From the NCBI GenBank assembly GCA_011109175.1, contig RDEW01000058.1, positions 192,033 to 256,032 of the forward strand: a DNA stretch of 64,000 bases. The letters run 5' to 3'. Below the pieces are notes generated by a model, which searched no databases, was not told where the DNA came from, and saw only the letters and a program-made list of their open reading frames with translations. Positions 41,153-54,078 of this stretch are shown piece after piece (the first letter of the stretch is position 1; the number at the start of each line of letters is the position of its first letter). The stretch is from Dicyema japonicum. Lineage: Eukaryota; Animalia; Dicyemida. Both the position numbers and the translations under genes were made by a program.

Positions 41153-42732
41153 GTCAAAAAACTTTTTCAAAAGTGAGATATAATATAGCTAAAATTCATT
41201 ATAATTATAATTAATACAAAAGATACCGTCTGGTTGCAATTGGTTACTTCTAGAAGAAACTTTGGTCGAAAATGTGGACCTTTTATGGAAGGTAACTGAC
41301 AAATCCATGTACTCTGAGGTGTTTAATAAGTTATACAGTATTTTAAATAATGTAAATAAACTTAATTAGCTTTATAAAGATTGTGAATATTTCAAGTCAG
41401 TCCCAGGACCTTCAAAATCTTAAGTAATTTGCTTAACATAGTCGATGATCCATGTCAAAAAAATCGAAATTGTTTTTCTAGGGTACCAGATCTCACAAAC
41501 TACGGGACGGACCACGCTACTTTTTTTCGGAGGAACTATATTTAAAAGAGAAAAAGGTTTTGAATTTTTTTGGAGATCGGTCCCAGCTAGCGGGAGATAC
41601 AGAACTTTTGTGATGGTTCAGATTTCATTTCGATATTAAAGCAATCTTGACTAAATTTAATATGCGAAATTTATTAACTTTACTAAAGTAAAACACATTT
41701 GATAATTTTTTTGGGATCATTCACTTTTTTTCACATTATTAGTGAGATCCACATTTGATAATTTTTTGGGGGATCAATCATAGAGATCGATTTGACCACT
41801 TATATCCCCACAATAGCAGATTGGAAGACAAAGGCTGAATTACTGTTAGAGTCAATGTGGGGGAGAAATTGTATTAAAAAGTTTTAGAGGTTTTTGTGCA
41901 AAACACAGAGAATTAGCTGATGACTAGGATATAGAATGGATATAGAATGCCTCATAGTGATCTCTAGAATCCTCTTATAATCAAAAAAGTCAGTTTTGAC
42001 GAAAATTGAAATCAAAGTTCGTTTGATATAAAACAGAATTTAGTATTCGATCACTAATTTGAAAGGTTATACGAGGAGATTAAGAAAACAAGAGACTTTT
42101 CTATATCTTGTGACCGCAAATTTTTAAATTTAATCGATTATGACTATTTTTAAAACTAACTAACCGATTCGTAGATGGGAAGACAAATTCCTCCACTTTG
42201 GTGAAAAAGACAGAAACCCTCTTCTCCTGTCTCTACCTTAGTTAAAGGATAGAAAGTCTGCTCCTAAGTTCTCTTCTCCAATAGATTTCCTGTGTAAGCA
42301 AAGAAGAAGGTGCTTCCGGGAATCGGTTGATGCAATGGAAGACCATGAACGTAAGGTGCTCTGCTAATGGCGGGAACTGAAATTAGCCACTAATTGAGCA
42401 CATTTTGTATCTCTCAGTGACCCTGGCATTGATATGAACTGTGAGGATTTTGTTGTACAATGAACCAAATCCTCACAGTTCTGAAAGTCTTAATCGACTT
42501 TTATTTATTTGTAACGCAGGCTACTTAGTAGTTAATTGGTCAGAGGGTCGAGCTGGTGACGTAGCTATGGTTCACTATGCTTAACTCTAGTTCACTTAAA
42601 GTTTTTATCTTTTCAAATAAGTTCAGTCTTGGCTGAACTTCTTAAATAGGATAACTCAGGGATTTCATGTGGGTCATTTGGTCGGGGACAAGTGAACAGA
42701 CCCAACCTCTCTTACCGAACGACTACAAAATA

Positions 42733-43225
42733 CAGTAAAACCTCTCGAATCCACCAAATTTGGATTTGGAAATTACTGCTGATTCGAGAAGCAAATTTTA
42801 ATTTTTTGTAAATTAATAAAATGCATTTTTTTAATTTTAAAGACTAGTTAAAAGATGAAAACATTAATTTCCTTTAAAATAATCAGTTATTCTTGTTATA
42901 ATGTTCGTTCTGATGTTTCTACTAACATCATCAAGGAGATTGAAGACATTTAAGTTAACTTCATCCTTCTGTTTAAAGTACTTCCTCAATGTATAGACTG
43001 CATTCATTGCATCATAGTCTGAAACGACTTGTTCATTCTTTTGTTCTCCATCATTAATGCATTCTTTGTCTTCATCATTTTCATCCAAATTTTCCAGGAT
43101 ATCTTCATTCTCCGTATACTCATAGAGAAGAAAAATTGGATCATTTTTGAATTTAAAAAATAAAATAATAAGAAAATGAAAAAAAATTATTTTTAAAAAT
43201 GCGGCGGATTCGAGAGGTTTTACTG
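42733..43225 (-). mobile_element. Short non-autonomous pogo/Tigger element
   Basis: TIRs CAGTAAAACCTCTCGAATCC...GGATTCGAGAGGTTTTACTG with TA at the left flank. It carries a Tigger-type C-terminus (DAMNAVYTLRKYF...TRITDYFK). Confidence 0.85.
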
Positions 43226-43759
43226 TTGTTTGTTTGGTAGTAGGTAGGAGACGAGTGCCAAACTACCGTTCCAAAATTTCTTTAATTTGGTGTGATGAAA
43301 ATGAAGTCAATCACGGACCAAAGTCAACCAATGAAATTAGAAGATAGTCCAGCTAAACATTAAGGGAGTTTCCAACAAAACGTACACAACTTCAATAAAA
43401 CCATTCTGCAAACATCGCTCCTACCAAAAGACAAAGCTTACATCAAAGTCAAGACTCCAGACTTCGGGAGTTATTATGTTATCCATTTTGACCCAGCATC
43501 CAGCACGACTAGAGGAGGTTTACTTATATCTCTTCATGACTCAATTCCATTTGTTGGTTCTCGCTCTGTAGTGAGTACACGACGAACACCAAACTACCAA
43601 TTCCTATATTTTGTTCATCAGCGTCTAACTCAAAAAGTAAAATCTGCACAAGTTAGCGACAATACAGCTGAACATCAAAGATTTTAAAATAGTTTTCTCA
43701 GAACATCCTTGTTACCTTTTGTTAGCCACCGGTTCCTTTATTGAAAGGGAGTTAAGTGT

Positions 43760-44200
43760 TCTTGAAATGTCTCCGCGGTATTAATAAGCATATGAATACT
43801 TAGGGTTTCCGCTTGCTGCCGTGCTCTAACAGTTTCTCCGTGTAACTTCCCTCCAACGCACGACTCCGCTGTTCATCAATGTGTCCACGAGAAGACTAGC
43901 CTCACTAACTTGTAGTTACCTGTATATATCAGATGAGACGCAGCAAATGCCGGTCGCTCCATAGATCAGTCAGTCCTGGCATTGTAGACGAATGTTGTGC
44001 TAATTCATGACATTCAAATAGGTGATTTGTTGTCAATTCGTAGAGGTTGCTAACGAGAAGACATCGTACGTCGGTAGAGAGGGGTGGTGCCCACATAGTT
44101 GACTAGCCAGTTTTACCTGGACGTACCCCGGAAGAGAGGATTCTGTTGGTCTATTGGAGGCTGGGCCGGTGTAGTACTTTATCATCATTGAGTCTTCGGA
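43760..44200 (-). mobile_element. 3' fragment of the I/Jockey-group LINE family
   Basis: VQVKLASQLCGHHPSLPTYDV...; nucleotide similarity to 18140-18370 and 63700-63870. Confidence 0.6.
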
Positions 44201-46889
44201 TGTTTCTCGTAGCACAACAAAATCGTGTATCTGTTTCAGACGACTCCGGTCATGGGGTGGAAGAGATGGATGATAGCATTCGGAGGGTTGTTATGATAAT
44301 CTTTCTTTTGTTTTGTGGTTTGCATAGAAAGTGACAGGGGTGGTCTAAGCTTGGGAGAGGAACTGCATAGCTCTCATTTCCAAATGGTTTTCAATTGGAA
44401 GGATCTTTGATTCCAATTTAGATGATCAATAAGGGGTTGATTTGAGACATTCAGTAATGTTTGGACTTTTGTAGTTCGTCGATGCCACTCAACCAACGAA
44501 CTTGAAGCGATTGGAGGTAAATAAATAATAAAGTAACACAGGAAATATTCGTCTTGAACGTCTGCATCCATTTTCACAACGTAATCTTCCACAGGTGTCC
44601 TGGAAAGACAACCACATGCACGTCATCTGAATGTAGAAAATTTTTCCATGGCGCATTGCAGTGTGTTTCTTTACCCATCCGTAGAATATGTCCAAAAGAC
44701 GCCAACGGACTTCAAGTACGTTCAAACTTATTGGTCCACAATCAGTCTGTATAATTTATTGTTTGAGATTTTCTTTGTACAATAATATCCAAGGAATTTT
44801 CTTAGTTGGCCACTGTGAAATCCATATCTTTCTTTGACGTTTCCCAAGTACCTGCGTTGTACAAGAAAACAGTACATACGGCAATAAATATATTTGAATT
44901 AAAAAAAATAATTATTGTAGTTTTTCAAATTATCAAGAAATTTTTTTTCAGTGGAAAACAATTTATTAACAAAAAAAGATTTAAATAATTAATCCTTTGC
45001 ATATGATATCTGGGGCCATTAATCTCTTGGACAAATGTCTTGAAGATCAGGCTAGCCGAAAAAAGCTCCAAAATCACGGAACGCTAGATTTCTGGAGAGT
45101 TCCAGCCACCAATACCTCATGAAGCCGTTATACGAATTAATCACGGAACGCACCGTGGTAACTGCGAAGATCCAGTCATTCAGCCGATATGTGCTTGTGT
45201 GGGGTAGGGGGAGGAGCATCGGGCCAAGATGAAATCCCTGCTAGTGCGTGCTGGGATCACGTGATTAGTTAGTTTGTGTAACCGTGGTCTCTGATATTAT
45301 TATTATTAATCCTTTGCAGATAGGATTGCGAATACGTTTCCACGTAATACGGAAATCTCGATTAGTTGTCTTAGCAAGAACGCTTCAAGGGGTTCTTTCT
45401 TTCGACTCGCTAGTATCCCTCATATATTGTTTTAGATTCTGCCGAGTCCGAATCAGCATTTTTCGAAACTGAGCATTTCATCAAGAATTCTGACTTTCAT
45501 CAGTTCTTGGAGAGACTGATCATCGACTATTGCAACTCCGGAAATAACAAAACCGACTATATTGATGGCATGACACTGTGCTCTTTTCCATAGCTCCATT
45601 CATCCGAAGAACACCTTTAATAAAACGTATTCATGCCTTGTTGTTCCGTAATATGAATTTGGATGCAGTTTAGTTGAGCTTTTGCTGTGTAAATACGAGA
45701 AATATCTTGCACTAAGTAACCATGTTATAGCGTTTTCCTATCGATAACGACAATAGGCAATCAACAACAACATTTGGGCAATCAAATACTTCGTTTATTG
45801 TAAATTCCTCTTAAATATACATTTTCTGTTGAATTGGAAAAATGGGAGATTGTAACTCAAATGTCTAACGCTTTATCACTGATATACTCTTTTATCTCAG
45901 TCTCTTTAAACACGTCAAGACTAGATGAGTAGTGAAAGAAGGGTGTATTCAAACGCTCATGGAGGTAACTCTGATATGAGAGTAACTTAATCATGAGAGC
46001 ATGACTATAAATGCATGTCTTTAGCATCTTAATAAAACTGTCCAACAAGAACAAGTCCATTCGGAACCAGGGAAAGGGGATAGAATATCCAGTCCTCGCA
46101 ACTATGGGAATATGCGATCGGTCACTTTTTTCTCAATCAAAAGGTGGAAATAATCACATGTCAATCTTTGTCAGATCCCATGAATATGTTCGACCACCAC
46201 AAATTAACCTTTAGTCAGGTATACCTTTTAATGAATAACCTATCCATTTACTACTGAAGCATAGTCAACTCCCTTCTAGATCATGAACATAATGATAATT
46301 TTAGTGAGTTTATAAAAAATAATTTATTTCGCCGAATTAAATTAAATTTATTGAACCAAAAAAAACACCGTTTTAGCCAAAATGAAAAAATTCAGGTGAT
46401 CCTGGCCATTCCTCAGCAGTCTTGGCATGCTTGGACTATAAGGAAGTGCAGTCCAGGAAGAACTCTTCTGAAGGTTGTGATGGTTCAAGCTATTTTAATT
46501 CCAATTCTAGAATCCTATTAATTAATTCGCGAATAAATTAATTGTTGTTCGCAAATTAAATTAAAAATAAAAAATTTCATAAATTTTTCGTTGATTAATT
46601 ATTAAAATTTAACTATAATTAACTATAAATTAAAATTTAACTATAAATTTTAATAATTAATCAACAAAATTAATTAATTAATTTAACGTTTAGGTTGCAT
46701 GGCGCTATGTGATGCTATCCACCTTACTGATGAGACCCCCAATGCCTGGCTAGCATCAAGAGGATCCAATTATTCTTCCTGGGGGACAATGTCGTTACCT
46801 GGAGACAAGTTCTAGAATGCTGGAACGAGTCAGGATCAAGGACTTTGTTAGTTTGGTTACCCTTGGTCTTTGGAATTATTTTAATTTAA

Positions 46890-47430
46890 CATGAACAAAT
46901 GCGTCTTTAAGAAAATCCAGAAAATTTATTTTCGACAAGGAAAAGGCCTATATTTTAAACGGTAATAAAAATACTACGTTTTTTGTGAAGAAGAACAGGA
47001 ATTGGTGCAAAAACAATATAGGTATTCTTTTAAGTTACAATATATTAGTCAGTTCGGTAAAGATGGACTATTTTCAAATTGAGGCAGGAATATTGAGGGA
47101 TTGGTAGAGATCTAATTGGGACTGTTATCTCAAATTGTGTATTTTCCAGGTATTTTTTGCATTTTATTTACACAGGCAAAGAAATTTCTGAACATGAAAC
47201 CGTCTATAACACCGATCTAACTAGAAGACCAAGGGCTCGCATATTGCTGACTTAATAGACCTAAAAAGATACTCAGAAATGAATGATGGATAATCATGGG
47301 TGTGATTTCTGATATTAAAGTTTAGATTTCGGTTGTTGTAAAACATGTCCGAAGTTGTCCACGAGTCCCCTGGAGTCAAGGACAAGTGGAAAGGTAAATT
47401 GCAAGTTATAATTTTGTAGATTTAATTTGA
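46890..47430 (+). mobile_element. Ginger2/KRBA2-SCAND3-like integrase transposase remnant containing micro-introns
   Basis: KLRQEY*GIGRDLIGTVISNCVF (integrase Zn-binding region), ADLIDLKRYSEMNDG*SWV (first catalytic D region) and HVRSCPRVPWSQGQVER|FN (catalytic E motif). 26-nt GT-AG introns at 47150-47175 and 47394-47419. Confidence 0.7.
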
Positions 47431-48264
47431 TGACTCAGTCATTGATTTCGGAGATGGAGTGATTTTAAGGTTGCGTACAAATACTATTTTTAGACAAGAA
47501 AGTGATCCAAATATCCCCGGTCTCCATATAGGATGGACTCTTCTTAATAATTAAGATAAATTACTAAAATCAAGATGCTTCAAAATACAGAATAATTTGG
47601 ATCCTTAAAGGGGCTTTCTCATCTTTGGTCTCTCCACTTGTTGAGAGATTTATGGGAGCGATTGGCTTTTACAGCTGAGAGCGTGAAAGTCACCGACTTA
47701 CAATATGTTACTAACTACGTTTTAATAGAAATAAATAATAATCAAAAGTTAGACATTCCTTAAATTCAATGACTTCGTTCAATTCCCTATCAAATTTCTG
47801 CAATCAGTCCTTGCACAAATAAAGAAATGAATGATAACCCAATTAGTCTAAGGTTATTGGATAACAGTAGATCGCAACTAAGAGAGGTTTTGAATAAAGA
47901 TAACGTTTTTATATTAAAATTATTGGTAAGTAACTTCCGTGATTGGAAATAGATTACTATTTTGTACGGAAATGCACCCAATTAGCCATTCCTCTTCTCA
48001 GCTATCTTTCATTTTGTTTTCAACCGATGGCACGTAAGAAGGAATGCGAATGGTCCTATAATTCTGGAGGTTAGGCTGCACTAATTAAATTAGTTTTAAA
48101 ATCTTTGATGAGGAAAATTGTAATTAGACATCTCTTAAAGAATATCTACGCCTTACACCTGATATATCCCCCATTGGATTTCTTATAACACGAATTGATT
48201 AAAGGAGTAAGTAAGCATATAAATACAGTAAACTCTCTCAAATATGCCACTCTTAAATTTATTA

Positions 48265-50636
48265 TTATCAATAGCACTTTCGAAGAACCAAAAATGTAAT
48301 TTATTTAAGGTTCCGCTTGTGCCGTATTTTTCTTCAGGTTATTCTTTCTCCCACAATTCTCTTAACTAACTTCCTCCATGCTCCACGGTTACTGGCATTA
48401 TTCTGAGCGTATCCAGATCATCTCCTGTTTTCAGCTTTCGTCTAAATTGGTCAGGTCCTTGTGTAGAACCTCTGGCAAAGTTATGCGAGGTCTTCCACGG
48501 AACGAGGTATTCACTTCTTGGTAGAAATAATCCTCCATTGCTATTTTAGCAGGCGTCATCTGGCTCATCGAAGGATGTGACTGAACAGACGCCATCTTGA
48601 TTCAAGGATATCCAGACTCAATGGTCTTGTATTACATACTTTGTATAGATTCTTGTTTGTAATTTTTCTTGGCCAGTTGATGCCAAGCAACAGTCAGAGT
48701 TGTTTGCGATGGAAGGCATCTAGTTTGTCCATTACCGCTTGTGAGACTTCCCAGGTTGCAGCGTTGTACATTAGGACCGGTTTCACGAAGGCATTGTATA
48801 GTCTTACACGTAATTGTGTGCTAATTTGTCTACGATTATTCCAGACTACTCCCATTTTTCTGAAGGCCGCGACGGCCAACATCTTCCTGTTAGTGATATC
48901 CTCAGCGTCTCCGAGCAACGACCCCGATTTTTTACAGTATCTCTATTTTTCATCAGTTCGGGTTTAGTTCACGGCGTATGGTAGTTGTCTCCGTCTTTTC
49001 CGTATTGATTTTGATGAACCATTTTTCTAGCGCATCTGGCATCCTTGTCCGTATATAGTTTAATGTTTTCTCGTCGCTGGATATATGGTCGAACTCATCT
49101 GCATAAATCACTTTAGTTTGAGGTAGATCGCCAATTAATAGTCTGAAGTCTCTGAGTGCCGCCTCCAGATATGTCACAAAAAGTACCGGTGACAAGGAAT
49201 CTCCCTGCGGTACCCGAATGTTGTCTCGAATGGGACAGACTCCAAATTTCCAAAACGTACACTTAGCTGCGTTGTTCCAAGTAATAGACGAATCATTCTG
49301 ACACTGTCCTCGTCAACCAGCTTCTCCAAGATATCCAAAAGTCTATCTCTGTGTATATAGTCAAAGGCTTTGGACATGTCCGTGCCAAGGATGCCAGTAG
49401 CCCCCTTGTACTTTTGATGTGTTGCACACAGCCATCAATGTTCCCAGAAAATATGAGCTGTAGATATCCCTGACCTGAATCCGCTTTGCCCGTGAGAGAG
49501 AAAGTTCTCGATGTCAGTCCAATCCTGTTCAGCACTATAAGTGATAGTGTCTTGCGTAAAGTCGTCAATAGTACGATGGGTCTTAAATTTGTTAAGGTGC
49601 CTTTAGCTTTGCCCGGTTTTTGTAGTGCAATTAGTGTGCCATTACCCACATCCAGTGGTGAGTTGTATTTGAATGTTTTGTTGTATATCTCAGTTAATAG
49701 CTCAGAGATCTCATTCGGTGCATATTTGAGAAGTTCTGCATTTATGTTGTCAGGGCCAGCAGCTCTATTGTTGTTCAGTTTGTCCAGGGCTTTTTTTGTT
49801 TCCAGAATCGTTATCGGAATATTTAGTTCTCGTGCTTCACATCGAATTGTTTGATGTTTTCCGCGTGGTTGATTGAAGGCCTGCTGATAATGACTGGATA
49901 TGGCCGATAGAATTTCTTTTTTGTTTAACATAGTCTTTCCAAACTGATAATGTACTGTGATTTTTGATGACTGCGTGTCTCTATGTAGTAGGTGAACAGC
50001 CTTGAACATATGCACTCCGTTTTTTAGCCTTTCTACTTCTTTAGCCATTCCAACAAGTTTATTTTCCTTTATTTCCTTCGTTCTTTTCTTTATTTTATAC
50101 AAGGTTTGCTTCCTCATGACTCTTAGAGTGTGTTCCTTTGCCTGGTCCTGACAGGTTTCGACCTGTAAACGTAGGTTCCTCTGTTTGGAAACCCCAAAAT
50201 ATTATTTGAAAAGGAAACGTGCCAATCTGTGATCACTATCTACTAGTGTCCCACTGTAGCTCCGAGAATCTGTTAGCAGTGCTTTGTAGGCTTGTTTGCA
50301 GATAATGTAATCTATTTGGTTATATATAGGCTTGATAGTCCCAGATTTGTCCTTTTGGTAGCAGCTCCATGTCGTCTTATGTCTTGCTGGGTGCCTGAAA
50401 GCAGTATTACATAGAAATAGTTTGATTGTATCGCAAAATTCGATAAGCGACTCTCTCCTGACTGGTTCCTGATCCCTCTTCCATGGATTTCCATGAATTC
50501 TTCGTAACTACTCCCACGTCCTGCCTTTGCGTTCCAATCTCCGGCAATGTATGTCATGAACGATGTTTCCAAAGTTGCATATAGTTGCGAAGGGAGGAAT
50601 AGAAGTCGTCTAGTTCGTCTTTTTCTATTTTCAATG
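48265..50636 (-). mobile_element. RTE-like LINE (APE + RT), frameshifted, nested in the Tigger element
   Basis: IAGDWNAKAG (APE), NNRAAGPDNINAELLK, NLRPIVLL, DMSKAFD, SPVLFVTYLE, IYADE and LYNAFVKPVLMYNAATW. Confidence 0.9.
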
Positions 50637-51646
50637 ATATTTGCCAATTCTGAAATTTGGCAACAATTTTAAAAATTATATTTATTTCTTTATATATTTT
50701 TAAAAATTAAAAAAAATTTAAATAATTTAAAGCAAGCATGGGTCGAATGTTCTTGTTGGAGGCTACACCAGAATTTCAATTGCTCAAAAAGTGGCTATAT
50801 TGCGGTATAAAGAAACGAATAAATAAATCAGCTTCAATCAGACGATATGCAACAGATTTCTTCTATTTTCAAAAAGAGAATCTCAAGAAGGACAGTCAAT
50901 GCAATATTAATGATTGCAGAATCGCTTATTTCAGTTCAAGAACAGAAATCCTAAAATAAAAACTTGTAAAAAATTAAAATACCCAGAGCTTGATGAAAAT
51001 CTAGTAGATTGGATGGATTCAATGGAATCAAAAGGTACACTATTTACTCTAACATTTAAGGTGCTTTATTGACGATTCTCTAATATTACATGAGGCAGAA
51101 TTTTTGCTAAAGAACTTTCGTTTACTAATTTTAAAGGTTTTTGGAGAAATTAAAAAAAACATGGATTTCGAATGCGTAAATTACATGGCGAAATGCGCAC
51201 TGAAAAACAAAGAGTTAGTCGTCAGAAAATATTTATAGTTTGAATGAGACAGGAATATTTCATAAATTGATTCTTTTCGGAGTATTTGCATTTCACCTTT
51301 TGGCGGATATAAAAATTTTAAGGAAAGAGTTTCAGTCATGCTGTGCGCCAATATGTCAGGGACACACAAGCTAAAGTCTCTATTGATCGGGAAACCAAAG
51401 ATGCCCCGATTTTTAAAAAATATGATTATAATTCCTTAGTTTCTTATCACAATTCTAAAAGGGGATGGATGACTTTATCATTTTTGCGAATTGGATTACG
51501 AATTTTGACAATTTATTGAAATTTGAAAAAAGATCAATTTTGTTATTAATGGATAATTGCCCATCCCATTGCCCACTTCTTTATCTGGAAAAAATTAAAA
51601 TTATGTTTATTCCAAAGTACAGGACTTATTCACCTATAGATCTGTG

Positions 51647-53122
51647 GGTACTGGGACATTTGGCCGACAGACGTTTAGCCGACAATTCAATTAAGCATAA
51701 ATGATCAATAAATACACTATGTATTTTAATAACGGTAAAAAAATGGAATTTTCACAAACCAGTCGTGGAAAGAGAAAACTTCTGCATGATGGCTATGCGT
51801 ACATTGTAGATAGACAGAGACAATGTCATACATTGGAGATGTGAGCTGAAAGGAAAATCAAAGCAGAGTAAGAACTGTAATGGAGAACTTAATGGAACTA
51901 TGACACCACACGAACATCCACCAAATGCAGGACGTTTACATGCGCTGAAAACCGTCAATACGATAAAGAAGAGAGCGAGAGATTCTGAAGAAATTACATC
52001 CACGATTATCCAAAATTGTTTAAGCACATACCCTATTGATGCTGCTTGTGCGCTACCCAAAAAAACCCTTGCACGCATTGTTGGACGACAGTGTACAGAT
52101 CACATACAAGACGGTAATGTTCTTACTGATGAACTTAAAAGTACTCTCAGAGGAGATGACTTTGTGCCACACGATAGTAATGGATTGCTTATATTAATAA
52201 CAGCAAGAAACCTTGATCTTATGTCTATGAAAGAACATTGGTTATGTGATGGTACTTTTGATTCAGCTCCATTAGGTTTTCAGTTTACACATGTTACATT
52301 ATGTAAAACATGTACGGTTCCATTAATGTACGCTATTGCTCGAGAAAAATCTCAACAAATGTATGAACAAATATTTTCTACACTAAAAGAGAAAAGGCCA
52401 CAATTGAATCCACTATCATTTACCATAGATTATGAGCGAGCAGCGATCAATGCTATCAACAGAATTTTTCCAAATGCAAATGTGTATGGCTGTTACTTTG
52501 GGCAGTGTTTATGGCGAAAAATACAAAATCTAGGACTGCAGGCATGGTACAATGACCCAGCAAATGCAAACTTAATTAAAAGTATTCAGCACTGGCATTT
52601 GTTCCTGTACCTCAAGTCATTGAGAGTTTCCATGCGCTCCTTGAAACTATAGATGACGAGATGATGACGTGTTGGGAGATTTCTGACCTATTTTGAGACA
52701 ACATGGATCGGAGACTTGTAACGTGGAAGGAGAAAAAGACCATTGTTTAGTTTGAAAATGTGAAATGTACACGACATACAAGCAGAAGTCCTCCCAAGAA
52801 CTAAGAATTCACTTAAAGATGGCACAGATCTTTTTCACAAAGAGTGTCTATAAAACATCCAACGTTTGTCGGCTTGTTGCAAAAATACGAAAAGAACAGT
52901 CGGAGTGGGAGCTCACAGTAGAACAAGTGATGGCCGGAATAACAATAAGACAGGTAAAGAAGAAGCAAAAAAATAAAAAGTATTATTGAAAAATATGATG
53001 AATAAACTTCAGTAGAATTTTTGACTGCGCTTTCTCATAACCTTTAAGTAAATGTTTTTATTTTGAATTTTATCTCTGAATTTTAAAACCAGAATTTCCT
53101 GTCGGCCAAATGTCTGGACACC
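51647..53122 (+). mobile_element. MULE (Mutator-like) transposon with FLYWCH + DDE transposase, nested in Tigger
   Basis: TIRs GGT....GACATTTGGCCGACAG / CTGTCGGCCAAATGTC....ACC. Imperfect 9-bp TSD AGATCTGTG (51638-46) / GGATCTGGG (53123-31). Protein motifs KLLHDGYAY...WRC, WLCDGTF, IDYERAAINA and GCYF-GQCLWRKIQ. Confidence 0.9.
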
Positions 53123-53915
53123 GGATCTGGGAATCATCAAATTTTTCAAAGTTCATTTTACGAGGGACAAATTACTATATTTAACGGATATATTGGAATG
53201 CGAGAAGAACTCAGTATATGAATATATAAGAAGTTAAATATTAGGGATACTTTATTGTTTGTAAAAATGGCATGGAAAGATGTGAAATCTCAACAATTTC
53301 AAGGTGTTTAAAACGCCTAGAACGTACAGAATGCAAATCAGAACTTACTAACATGAATGTAACAGATGAAATCGTATCCAGAACAGATATTTATGATATT
53401 ATTGAAATAGAAGAATTTATTTTAATTGACTACAGTGAAAAGGAGGCAATTGATGAAGAGGAGATATTAATTGTTATTGAGGAACAAGAAGAATCCGGTT
53501 GTGTAGAAGTACATGAGTCATTAAACAAGGCTGAAATGTTTTTAAAATTAAGAGATTGAAAATTATCTAGAAAACATTGAAAATGCCAATGTGCAGAATT
53601 CATTACTTCAATAAGAAGATATAAAGAAAATATTAAAATTTCTAATAAGAGGGAATTGAGAAATACTTTAATAAATTTAATTAATTTTTGTTTCCTTAGT
53701 TAAAAATATTTAAAAAAAATAAAATTTATTAATTTAAGTAGTTTAATTATCTTTAAATAAATTAAAACTTCAAATAAAATTTTATTCTGAAATCTGCCAA
53801 TTCTCAAATTTGCCACAATTTCGCTGAACCAAAAACGGCAAATTTGAGAGAGTTTACTGTATTTTGAATCCTATGTTCTTTAGAAGAGCAATGGCTTAAG
53901 GGACTATAGTTAATA

Positions 53916-54078
53916 TGTCACGAGCCTAGGGTGTTACCGAGCCTAGGTGGTTACACTAATGGACTTAGAATGTTCTTGCCGTCTTATAAAATTGGTCGCC
54001 ATAATTTTTTAGTTTATGGGTTATTCTAAGTCCATAAGTGTAACCACCTAGGCTCGGTAACACCCTAGACTCGTGACA
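53916..54078. mobile_element. 163-bp MITE with 56-bp TIRs, TGT...ACA termini and 5-bp TSD
   Basis: TGTCACGAGCCTAGGGTGTTACCGAGCCTAGGTGGTTACACTAATGGACTTAGAAT and its reverse complement (2 mismatches), flanked by TAATA on both sides. Confidence 0.88.

Larger units (their letters stand above)
48226..53859 (+). mobile_element. pogo/Tigger DNA transposon interrupted by a LINE and a MULE
   Basis: TA|CAGTAAACTCTCTCAAATATGCC...GGCAAATTTGAGAGAGTTTACTG|TA. Transposase remnants: KYPELDENLVDWMDSMESKG, KERVSVMLCANMSGTHKLKSLLIGKPKMPR, ILLLMDNCPSH and PIDL|GIIKFFK. Confidence 0.88.

Noticed and set aside
41694-41777. ~25-bp direct repeat CACATTTGATAATTTTTT.GG
   Set aside because: Only two copies in AT-rich DNA; no supportable function.
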